Assembly: GCA_964626055.1 (NCBI GenBank) | Contig: CAZVDF010000010.1 | Span: 5,243 to 69,242 of the forward strand | Reading direction: 5' to 3' | From: an uncultured Leptospirales bacterium | Lineage (GTDB): Bacteria > Spirochaetota > UBA4802 > JAFGDQ01 | Length of the DNA: 64,000 nucleotides | In this document: one piece after another, positions 38,601 to 46,519 of the stretch | Numbering within the stretch: the first letter of the stretch is position 1 | Layout: every line of letters begins with the position of its first letter | Notes under the pieces: generated by a model | Database searches by the model: none | Seen by the model: the letters and a program-made list of their open reading frames with translations, nothing else | What the model was told of the DNA's origin: nothing | Position numbers and translations under genes: made by a program

Positions 38601-39513
38601 AGAGAAAATTCCTCTCCGGGCTCATCAGAGTGATATTAATAGGTGAAGCCGTGATAATAGATCTTAACGTGGCCTCGCTTCTCTTCAGCGCTTCTTCAGC
38701 CTGCCTGCGCTGCGATATATCAATTGCGGCCCCTATTATCCTGACAGGCTTGTCCGAACCGTCGCGGACCGTGAAGGAGCGATCTAAAACAAATGCATAG
38801 CTTCCGTCTGAACGCTGAAATCGATATTCGCACGATGAACTGAGCTCTCTTGCTTCAAGCATGACTTCAAGACTATTTTTAAACCGATCTCTGTCTTCCG
38901 GATGAATTTTTTCTATCCACCACTCGATTGTGGCCTCTCCAGCCGAATATCCGAATACGGACTGACAGGCTTCATTCAGCCACATGGTCTTCGAAGCCAG
39001 GTCCCAGTCATGAATTGCTTCGTTAATCGCTCTGGAATAAAGATTGAGACGCTCTTCTTTTTCCATGGACGTTTTTTCGGCTTCTTTGAATTCTGTAATA
39101 TCCGCGAAAGCCCCGACAATCCTGAGCGGACTGCCTGCTGCATTATATGTTACTATCTTCCCCCTGTTCAATATCCAGCGCCATACCCCGTTTTTTGCTT
39201 TAAGACGAATTGTGATCTTATGGCTTTCAATACGGTTCTCTTTGTAAAGGCTGATTATATCCCGCATCGGGGCTTTGTCTTCCGGGTGTACGTAATCAAA
39301 CAATGTTTCGAATGTTGGCGTTAATTTATAGGGTTTGTAACCCAGCATTTTATAAAAAAGAGGGCTTATATAGAGTTCTCCGGTCTCTATATTTAAATCA
39401 AAGATGCCGTTACCGGTAGCATCCAGCGCAAGCGCAAGTCTTTCTTCAGTTTTACTTAAAGTATGTTCTGTATCTTTTTGTATTGAGACATACTTTTTTT
39501 TGCCGTTTTTCAT
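35644..39513 (-). CDS. multi-PAS hybrid sensor histidine kinase / response regulator (HK1)
   Basis: 1289 aa. Multiple PAS modules, H-box GGIAHDFNNMLSV, HATPase G-boxes, C-terminal REC (ILIAEDNE...DLMIVDTIMPKKNG). Confidence 0.9.
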   Translation of the reverse strand: MKNGKKKYVSIQKDTEHTLSKTEERLALALDATGNGIFDLNIETGELYISPLFYKMLGYKPYKLTPTFETLFDYVHPEDKAPMRDIISLYKENRIESHKITIRLKAKNGVWRWILNRGKIVTYNAAGSPLRIVGAFADITEFKEAEKTSMEKEERLNLYSRAINEAIHDWDLASKTMWLNEACQSVFGYSAGEATIEWWIEKIHPEDRDRFKNSLEVMLEARELSSSCEYRFQRSDGSYAFVLDRSFTVRDGSDKPVRIIGAAIDISQRRQAEEALKRSEATLRSIITASPINITLMSPERNFLWANETKPLITGHTVAEIGYDPKKVYLSEEEYKRVGEVIYSKVWNGEVGETDARWKHKDGRILDVHISVAALDPNDRSAGVVFIAQDITRRKAAEETVKRNEETMRSIFAALPIGIAFLTDDRKILWGNDRIAAITGYSMEEMSGKAVRELYKTEEEFSRVGDLVYKNVWEGKIGETDAKWVHKGGRILDVHVSIGAVDYKDKSAGVVFTVQDITERKQMEEILKRNEATMGSIFAAAPVGIALITNDRKISWTNDGMKHITGHTIEELEFNAKNVYLSEEEFKRVGEAVYGKVWDGEVGETDTKWIHKDGRILDVHVTAAAVDLDDKSAGVVFTTQDITERKRTEEELRASEERFKKLIESVTDYIYTVRIENGIPVSTKHGPGCIMVTGYSSREFELDPMLWYRMIHDNDRQKVVEQSVKVLGNEEVKPIEHRIIHKSGTVRWVRNTSVRRYEGGSLIAYDGLISDITEHMRMEEALRVSEEKYRDIFNRSVEGIFQCTYKGKFINVNPSFVSMLGYESADELIKSITDIKRQLFVNPEDQVKFIRTLEKNESLIAFEHQVYRKDGVKIWISTNARAVRDPGRKVLYYEGSSFDITKHIQAKLEKEKLQIDLRQAQKMEAIGTFVGGIAHDFNNMLSVMLGYGSLLQSGLMTDNPMRKYVDLIVESAEKATSLTQGLLSFSRKRPINLKNIKLNEVINSTEKLLATLLTEDIVLKKKLTGDDTTILGDPSQIDQILFNLATNSRDAMPKGGTITIETRVLNMEKNSTGFEKRGKYALLSFSDTGIGMDAKIREHIFDPFFTTKEVGRGTGLGLSTVYGIIKQHSGHIGVHSEKNAGTTFHLYFPLSITSEESVKPALRQFRKGGETILIAEDNESVRKLMKTILTAYGYTIIEAVDGEDAVEKSKKIKNIDLMIVDTIMPKKNGREVYDEVLKFRPGIKTIFTSGYTRDVILDKGIQDKEFNFLPKPITPGDLLQKIGEILDEK
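37573..38697 (-). repeat. in-frame tandem triplication (period 375-378 nt) of a PAS module inside HK1
   Basis: GTCTGTCTC(G/C) recurs at 37696, 38071 and 38449. The three ~125-aa units share ...GETDAxWxHKxGRILDVHV...KSAGVVFxxQDITxRK. Confidence 0.85.
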
Positions 39514-39856
39514 AGGTTAAGGAGACAAAACTGAGTGCATATGTTTTATTTGAAAATTATCGCTACATTATATATAAATTTTACCTTATTATCAAGAAAA
39601 ATAATTGCCGGCGATATTAAAAATATCAAAACAAGTCATTAAAATCCGGTTCCGCAGCAAACTTCAACCAACAAAATATTGAAAGTGCAGCCGTAGCCAT
39701 GGACGGCGATAAGCGGCAGCTATTGAAGGCGGAAAATTCTTAAAAATATGAATATTTTATCGTTGATGCTTACAATCCGAAACATACGAGATGAGTGATT
39801 TTTCAAATTATCTGTATAATTTAATTTTCGGACTTTATGGCATTATTGGTGAGAAA

Positions 39857-39947
39857 TTTTATTTCAAGGCGTAATACCCCGCCGACACGGAAGGTGGCGG
39901 CCGGTATGTCACCTTCAGCCGGGGTGTTGCCCCGGGGAATTTTATTT
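39857..39947 (-). repeat. family B element, short variant (lacks 72-nt H4-H6 segment), contains the HK2 stop codon
   Basis: Reverse complement reads AAATAAAATTCCCCGGGGCAACACCCCGG...CCGGCCGCCACCTTCCGTGTCGGCGGGGTATTACGCCTTGAAATAAAAT. Confidence 0.8.
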
Positions 39948-42900
39948 CCTGTCCAGCATCTCTCCTACTTTATAAAGCAGCTTTTTAGGGGTAACCGGCT
40001 TTGAAATAAAGTCGAATTCCTTTTCTTCTATGCCTTTATCGAGAATTACATCGCGTGTGTATCCGCTTGTGAACAATACTTTAACCTTGGGATTAATCTT
40101 GATTATTTCGTTGTACACTTCCCTGCCGTTCTTTTTCGGCATTACTGAATCAATTATTACCAGGTCCGCTTTTTTATTTCTGCGGAATTTTTCAATCGCA
40201 TCCTGGCCGTCCACAGCTTCAATAATCTGATAGCCGTATCTGGCGAGTATTTTCTTAATCAGCAATCTGACTCCTTCATTATCTTCGGCGACAATGATCT
40301 TCTCGTTCCCGGACCTGATCTTCGGGCTGGCTTTCTTTTTTTCTTTTCCCATCCTTTTTGCAGAAGGGAAATATATATGGAAAGCTGTGCCTATATTAAG
40401 CTCGCTGTATACGTTTATATAGCCGTTATGCTGCTTTACAATGCCATATACCGTGGAGAGCCCGAGGCCTGTTCCTTTGCCCACTTCCTTTGTCGTAAAG
40501 AAAGGATCGAAAATGTGCTCCCTGGAATCCTTATCAATTCCAACTCCCGTATCCGATACCGAGAGAAGGACATATTTGCCGGGTTTGCCGTAACCGACAA
40601 GATTAAAAAATTCCTTATCGAGCTCGACAACGCTTGTTTCAATTAGTAACGTCCCGCCTTTAGGCATAGCGTCTCTCGCGTTTGTCAGGAGATTGAACAA
40701 TATTTGATCTATCTGCGTGGGATCTCCCAAAATACTTGTATTTTCTTTTGTCAGTTTTTCCTTTAATAAAATGTCTTCCGTAAGCAGACGCTTTAATAAT
40801 TTTTTTGTCCCTTTAATGGCGTCATTCAATTCTAACTGCGTTAAATTAATGGCCTGTTTTCTGCCGAATGCAAGAAGCCCCTGGGTCAGACCGGTGGCTT
40901 TCTCCGAAGACGAAAGTATGAGATCCGCATAACTGCGCAGAGGATTATCTTTATCCAGTTCCATCTGCAAAAGAGTGGCGTATCCGACAATAATGCTTAA
41001 TATGTTGTTAAAATCGTGCGCTATTCCTCCGACGAAAGTCCCCAGGGCTTCCATTTTCTGAGCCTGGCGAAGCTGGGCATATAGCTTCTCCTTATCCTCT
41101 TCATCCTGCTTGCGTCTGGTAATATTATCAGCTATGCCTTCAAAATAAAGCACTTTCCCGTCTTTATCTCTGACTGCGCGGGCATTTACAGATATCCATA
41201 TTTTATTGCCGTCTTTTCTGTAAAGCTCATGTTCGAATCCGAATATTGTACCGGCCTTTTTAAGCGTTTCCTCAAAGAATGCAGCCGCTTCTTCTTGGAC
41301 AAACAACTGTTTCTGAATATTATTGATACTCTCGATTAATTCCTTCGGCGAATCGTATCCCAGCATAGCCGCAAATGAAGGATTAATATCTAAAAATTTT
41401 CCTCCGGTGCTGCTCTGAAAAATCCCCTCGACAGCCCTTTCGAATATATCGCGGTATTTCTCTTCGCTTACGCGCAGGGCTTCCTCCGCCATCTTACGAG
41501 CAGTAATATCCTGCACAATGCCCTCCTCCTTTTTCACCTGTCCGGCTTCATCAAAACTGGAGCGGCCTTTAACTCTTAACCAGCGGATTTCCCCATCAGG
41601 ACATTTGATGCGGTATTCGACTTCAATGATTCCGAAATCTTTCCCTGTCCATGTATTTGCCTTCTTCACGGCTTCAACAAGTGTTTCTTTATCAATGATA
41701 TTAAATATCTTCGGTATCCCGATCTCGTCCAATTCTACTACCGGGGTATCCGGCGGAAAACCGTATATGGCAAGATGTTCCTGCGAAAGGTATAGCTTAC
41801 CAGTCCGCAAGTCGAATGAATAAGTTCCGAAATTGGCCGCTTCCGCCGCATTGCGCAGACGTTCCTCGTTTTCGCGCAGGGCTTCCTCCGCTTTCCTGCG
41901 TTCCGTTATATCCATCCCGAATGAGATTATGCCGGTGACTTTTCCCTGTTCCCGCACTAAATTATTCCGCCATACTATATAACGCTCCTCGCCGGTTTTA
42001 GTTAAAATGGGATTTTCAAAACGCATCGGCGGTCCGCCATCGCTCAATCGCTCAAATTCCGTCCATACTTCCTGGTACCGGTCCCTGGGAACGATTGTTT
42101 CAAACCAGTTTTTCTTTTTCAATTCCTCGCGGGTATAGCCTGTGATCTCCCGGGCGGCCTGGTTGAAAACGGTTATAAATCCCTTTAGATCAAGCCCCAC
42201 CACGATCGTATTGGCGGTCTGGATCAGATTTTCCGCGTAATCTTTGGCTGACTGCAAAGCTGTCTCCGCCTGCTTCCGTTCGGTTATATCGCTTATAATC
42301 CCGTCATAGCCGATAAATTTCCCATCCGGATCATGATGCGGCACTGGAGTATTCCTCACCCAGCGAATCGTGCCGTTTTTATGTATTATTCGATGCTCAA
42401 CGGCACGCACTTCTTTGCCCGCAAGAATACCGTTTGTCTGTTCAGCCACAGTATCTCTGTCCGCCTCGTATATCATCCTGTACCAGAGATAAGGATCTGC
42501 GGCAAATTCATGAGGAGAATAACCAGTCAGCGCCATGCAGGCCGGGCCGTGCTGTGTGGATACCGGCCGGTTATCTTCGATCTTTACGCTGTAAATATAA
42601 TCGCTAACCGAATCCAGAAGCTGTTTATAGCGTTCCTCGCTTTCCAGGATTGCTTCTTCAAACTGCTTTCGTCTGGTAATGTCGACATGCTGGATTATTG
42701 CGTTTGTTATTTTACCCTCCGCGTCCCGGATCGGGAAGATGGTCACATCAATAATTACAAACACATGATGCTTCAGTTTAATATTTTTCAGCTCCGCGCT
42801 CTTATATTTAAGCTCGAATTTTGCCGTCTCGCCGGATTCGTATACTTTCTTTACAAGAGGCATATATCCCTGTTCTTTTACAATATTGTCGCTAAAAATA

Positions 42901-43874
42901 TTGTACTTGCCTAAAACATCTTCTTCGGATAAATGCAACAATTCCAGACAGGCTTTATTGATCTTTATAAGCGTGCCCTTTTCATCCGAAATCCACATCG
43001 GGATCGGGCTTTGATTTATAATGCTGTTAAGAAAGGATTCGGAGGATGCCAGCGCTTCTTCATAACGTTTCCGCTCCGTTGTGTTCACAAGCATTGCAAT
43101 ATTTCCGTTGACAATCCCATTCGGATCGCGGAGCGGGGAAGCATAAAGTGTGTAGCTGATAGGAGTTCCGTCCTTACGGTGCCGTGACAGGTCAATACCG
43201 ATAACAGACTGCCCGGATTTAATGGCTTCTCTTAACTTTTTAAACTCCCTTTTAGCGGCTTCCGTCTGAACGCTCGGCAGGAAATGGCCTATCGCTTCTT
43301 CTTTTGTCCATCCCAGCATCTGCTCGGCTGCCGGATTCCATATGCTTTGAACTATCCCGTCCTCAGTGAGATCGAATATGGCGACAGGAAGCGAATCCAG
43401 CACTGCCCGTAATGTGTCCTTTGCTTTATACAGCGTCCCATTGAAATGTCTGCGCTGCGTAATGTCGCGCAAAAAAGCCAGCATGCGGTCAAGCTCGCGG
43501 TAATATGTTACGCTGATCTCAATATCTATAACATGGCCGTCTTTATGCTTCAGCCTCGATTCAAAAATATCGGAGCCGTACTTTTTTATCTTTAGTATAT
43601 GAGCCCTGACTTCATCCGGCGTCTCTATCATTTCAAGATCGCCGATGGTCATATCAAGAAGCTCATCCTCGCTGTAACCGACCATTCGGCAAAAAGTATT
43701 ATTTACTTCAATAAGCTTACCATCCGTATCGGCAGCCCAGAATCCATCCATTGAAGTGCCGGTGAGGATATGATACTGTTCGGCATAAATGCGCAGCAGA
43801 TCGCTCTCGCTGTGTGAGCCGGAAGATGTTTCGGATACGGGTTTTTTTATAATATTTTTCCTTATATTTTTCAT
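39942..43874 (-). CDS. multi-PAS hybrid sensor histidine kinase / response regulator (HK2, paralogue of HK1)
   Basis: 1310 aa. Same C-terminal architecture as HK1 (GGIAHDFNNILSI, REC with DLVIIDSVMPKKNG). Confidence 0.9.
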   Translation of the reverse strand: MKNIRKNIIKKPVSETSSGSHSESDLLRIYAEQYHILTGTSMDGFWAADTDGKLIEVNNTFCRMVGYSEDELLDMTIGDLEMIETPDEVRAHILKIKKYGSDIFESRLKHKDGHVIDIEISVTYYRELDRMLAFLRDITQRRHFNGTLYKAKDTLRAVLDSLPVAIFDLTEDGIVQSIWNPAAEQMLGWTKEEAIGHFLPSVQTEAAKREFKKLREAIKSGQSVIGIDLSRHRKDGTPISYTLYASPLRDPNGIVNGNIAMLVNTTERKRYEEALASSESFLNSIINQSPIPMWISDEKGTLIKINKACLELLHLSEEDVLGKYNIFSDNIVKEQGYMPLVKKVYESGETAKFELKYKSAELKNIKLKHHVFVIIDVTIFPIRDAEGKITNAIIQHVDITRRKQFEEAILESEERYKQLLDSVSDYIYSVKIEDNRPVSTQHGPACMALTGYSPHEFAADPYLWYRMIYEADRDTVAEQTNGILAGKEVRAVEHRIIHKNGTIRWVRNTPVPHHDPDGKFIGYDGIISDITERKQAETALQSAKDYAENLIQTANTIVVGLDLKGFITVFNQAAREITGYTREELKKKNWFETIVPRDRYQEVWTEFERLSDGGPPMRFENPILTKTGEERYIVWRNNLVREQGKVTGIISFGMDITERRKAEEALRENEERLRNAAEAANFGTYSFDLRTGKLYLSQEHLAIYGFPPDTPVVELDEIGIPKIFNIIDKETLVEAVKKANTWTGKDFGIIEVEYRIKCPDGEIRWLRVKGRSSFDEAGQVKKEEGIVQDITARKMAEEALRVSEEKYRDIFERAVEGIFQSSTGGKFLDINPSFAAMLGYDSPKELIESINNIQKQLFVQEEAAAFFEETLKKAGTIFGFEHELYRKDGNKIWISVNARAVRDKDGKVLYFEGIADNITRRKQDEEDKEKLYAQLRQAQKMEALGTFVGGIAHDFNNILSIIVGYATLLQMELDKDNPLRSYADLILSSSEKATGLTQGLLAFGRKQAINLTQLELNDAIKGTKKLLKRLLTEDILLKEKLTKENTSILGDPTQIDQILFNLLTNARDAMPKGGTLLIETSVVELDKEFFNLVGYGKPGKYVLLSVSDTGVGIDKDSREHIFDPFFTTKEVGKGTGLGLSTVYGIVKQHNGYINVYSELNIGTAFHIYFPSAKRMGKEKKKASPKIRSGNEKIIVAEDNEGVRLLIKKILARYGYQIIEAVDGQDAIEKFRRNKKADLVIIDSVMPKKNGREVYNEIIKINPKVKVLFTSGYTRDVILDKGIEEKEFDFISKPVTPKKLLYKVGEMLDRK

Positions 43875-44057
43875 AAAAAAAGAAAAACAAGCAGGATAAT
43901 TCAGCCGGGTATTATCGATAGAATTAGATATTTACTTTATAATAGCATTGCTATTAAATCAAGAAATATTCTTTAAAAAATTTTAATTATTCATAAAAAA
44001 ATTATAAAAATTTTCATTTATTAATTTACGGTCCGAAAATTTTTTTTTCTTGCGTCC

Positions 44058-44087
44058 TTGACATCCGGATACTCATATGACTAAAAT
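44058..44087 (+). promoter_or_regulatory. putative sigma70-type promoter for exbB
   Basis: TTGACA (44058-44063), 18 nt, TAAAAT (44082-44087). Implies a ~165-nt leader. Confidence 0.4.
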
Positions 44088-44261
44088 AAACGACAAGCAG
44101 CAGAGCTGGTAGTATTAAAAACATTATTAAAATACATTTTTTATAGCAGTGTTGTGGTCGTTTGTTTTGAAAAAGAATCCGGGCATAGCCCGTATTCCCA
44201 CCGGTGAAAAGACCGGTTGGTAATAATGCGGCTTTAAAAGCTAAAATACGAGAGAGAGCTT

Positions 44262-44888
44262 ATGTCAGAATTATTCTTAATAGATTACGGAGAGTTTTTT
44301 ATATTTTCCATGCTTGTGCTCGCCAGTATCACCGCTCTGGCAGTGGGTATCGAAAGAACAATTGTTTTTAAAAAAAATTCCAGTAAAAGAATCACGGCGT
44401 TTGCCGAAAAACTGATCCTGCTTATAAGGAAACGCGATATTAAGGCGGCTTTGAATCTGGTAAAAGAATCGGGCGACAATGCTTATACGAGATTCGCCCT
44501 GTTCTCAATAGACCACCTGAATGAAAGTGAGGAAGGCCTGACCAATTTAATGTCGGGTAAAATTATTGAAGAAAAAATTAACCTTGAAAAACGGCTCACT
44601 ATTCTGAACACGCTGGGGAACAATGCGCCTTTTATCGGGCTTCTCGGGACGGTGCTGGGCGTGATCAAAGCATTCTACGGCCTCGGAACTCTCGGCAGCA
44701 CTGGCGCTGAGGTCGTAATGCGCAGCATATCCAAAGCCCTTTACGCAACGGCATTCGGGCTTTTCATAGCGATACCGGTGGTAATGGCGAACAATTACTT
44801 TTCCAAGAAAGTAAAAATCATTATACAGCATCTGGAAATATTGTCAAAGGAAATAAGCGCAGGATTAAATTCTAAAAAAAAGAAATAA
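44262..44888 (+). CDS. exbB: MotA/TolQ/ExbB proton-channel protein
   Basis: 208 aa. Three TM helices and conserved LGNNAPFIGLLGTVLGVI segment. Confidence 0.85.
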   Translation: MSELFLIDYGEFFIFSMLVLASITALAVGIERTIVFKKNSSKRITAFAEKLILLIRKRDIKAALNLVKESGDNAYTRFALFSIDHLNESEEGLTNLMSGKIIEEKINLEKRLTILNTLGNNAPFIGLLGTVLGVIKAFYGLGTLGSTGAEVVMRSISKALYATAFGLFIAIPVVMANNYFSKKVKIIIQHLEILSKEISAGLNSKKKK

Positions 44889-44904
44889 TTAAAATAATTG
44901 CGTC

Positions 44905-45144
44905 GAATCCATTTCGAAAAAATTAATTAATATGCGTAGCTATAAGTTATATTTATAATATGTTTTTCTTTTAAATAAATCTAAATACATTACAGAATTT
45001 TCTGCGGAATCAGACCTTCCTGGTTAGTTTTTCATATTTTTGGCAGCTGTTGCATCAGGTCTGAAAGGCGTCCTCAAAAATTTTGTAATGTATTTAGATT
45101 TATTGATAATTATTTAGAATAATATTATATTTTAAAATGACTTC
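44905..45144 (+). repeat. family A element, copy 3 (inner hairpin 44974..45104), between exbB and exbD
   Basis: Degenerate left terminus GAATCCATTTCGAAAAAATTA. Right terminus ATTTTAAAATGACTTC. Inner stem AATAAATCTAAATACATTACAGAATTTT and its complement. Subfamily-1 core. Confidence 0.8.
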
Positions 45145-45161
45145 TGGAAAGAGGTAGTTAT

Positions 45162-45563
45162 ATGGCATTCTTACCGGGCAGCGAAGACGATGAAATAGGT
45201 TATATAAATATCACCCCCATGGTCGATGTTCTCCTTGTGTTGCTGGTGATATTCATGGTGACTGCAAACTTTTTAAAAATGGAATCCGTCAACATCAATC
45301 TTCCGAAGGTTAACGCGGCCGATCCCAATATACAGAAATCCGTACAGATCGCGCTTACCATAAACGGCAAACTGCTTCTGGAGGATACCGAAGTAACGGA
45401 AGAAAGGATGATAGACAGGCTTAAACAGGAAGCCAAGTACAGACCCAATATGAGAGTAACGCTTTCGGCTGACGAACGGCTCTCCTACGGGAGAATAGCG
45501 CGCGTAATGGGACTGATCCGCCAGGCCGGCGTAACGCGTATCGCGTTGTCCGTTAAACGATGA
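45162..45563 (+). CDS. exbD: ExbD/TolR biopolymer transport protein
   Basis: 133 aa. INITPMVDVLLVLLVIFMV N-terminal TM pattern. Confidence 0.85.
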   Translation: MAFLPGSEDDEIGYINITPMVDVLLVLLVIFMVTANFLKMESVNINLPKVNAADPNIQKSVQIALTINGKLLLEDTEVTEERMIDRLKQEAKYRPNMRVTLSADERLSYGRIARVMGLIRQAGVTRIALSVKR

Positions 45564-45575
45564 TGAGTAAATATC

Positions 45576-46241
45576 ATGGTATTTCGTTTGCGAAAAAAAA
45601 TATTTGAGTTTTTCCGCCGGATGGATCTTTTCCAGAGGTGTTTCACCGGTTCATTTATCCTGCACATGATTATTCTGATAATATATTACGGCCCGAGCAT
45701 CTTTGCCTTCACATTTGATGGTGACGCAATTGATGCCGGTAAAATTGCGGCCAGTGCAAACGTAGAAGTCGATTTCATCGAAAGCCTTCCTGCCTCAATA
45801 ACGCTCGGCGGCGATACGAATCCGGCGCCCGTGCAGAAAGAAGAATGGATCGAGGGCACAGGCGAAGACAGGCCGGACGCGGCAAACACCGACGTGAATA
45901 TCAACAAGCTTTCCGGTACCGGGACCGATGCGGACGGGTACATGTTTGCGGATCTCGCAGACCGCCCGCCGATACCTATGATAGATTTCAATCCGAATGA
46001 TTATTTTCCGAAGGAAGCAAGATCGGCAAATATTTTCCGCCAGAGCGTAATCGTCCGGTTCCAGGTCAATGAAAACGGAAAAGTCAACAGCGCAAGAATA
46101 ATTTCCCCGCCGGCAAAATACGGTTTTGACGAAGCCGCAATGAAGGTGGTAAGTAAAATAAAATTCAGACCCGGAAAAGAAAAAGGCAAGCCAAAAAAAA
46201 TGTGGACGGATTATGAGCTCAGATTTGAATTTGAAGACTGA
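45576..46241 (+). CDS. tonB: TonB-family energy transducer (C-terminal TonB domain)
   Basis: 221 aa. N-terminal TM and C-terminal YPKEARSANIFRQSVIVRFQVNENGKV...KFRPG pattern. Confidence 0.75.
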   Translation: MVFRLRKKIFEFFRRMDLFQRCFTGSFILHMIILIIYYGPSIFAFTFDGDAIDAGKIAASANVEVDFIESLPASITLGGDTNPAPVQKEEWIEGTGEDRPDAANTDVNINKLSGTGTDADGYMFADLADRPPIPMIDFNPNDYFPKEARSANIFRQSVIVRFQVNENGKVNSARIISPPAKYGFDEAAMKVVSKIKFRPGKEKGKPKKMWTDYELRFEFED

Positions 46242-46378
46242 GGATCAATTTTAACAGATGCTGAATGATTTTTCCGATAGTCGGGCCTGTCAATCGATTA
46301 GTTATCTACTGGAATAAGCCCTAAAAAATATTCTTGAAATAATTAGTCTGTTTTCCTATTATTGCCGGTTAAGAGAAT

Positions 46379-46450
46379 GCGGGCGTAATTCAGTGGCAGA
46401 ATGCTAGCTTCCCAAGCTGGACGTCGCCGGTTCGACCCCGGTCGCCCGCT
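46379..46450 (+). tRNA. tRNA-Gly (CCC)
   Basis: Cloverleaf GCGGGCG...CGCCCGC with discriminator U. Anticodon loop TTCCCAA. TTCGACC T-loop. Confidence 0.9.
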
Positions 46451-46459
46451 CATTTATCC

Positions 46460-46485
46460 GAACGAGGGGTATAAGCCCCTCGTTC
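46460..46485 (+). terminator. hairpin after tRNA-Gly
   Basis: GAACGAGGGG-TATAAG-CCCCTCGTTC followed by TGCACTTT (weak U tract). Confidence 0.35.
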
Positions 46486-46519
46486 TGCACTTTAAGCAAC
46501 AACATTAATTGATCTGATT

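Noticed and set aside
44094-44261. Cobalamin riboswitch in the exbB leader
   Set aside because: There is only a vague resemblance (CCACCGGTGAAAAGACCGG). No B12 box or GGGAA...GGTG core can be aligned. No TonB-dependent receptor gene is adjacent.
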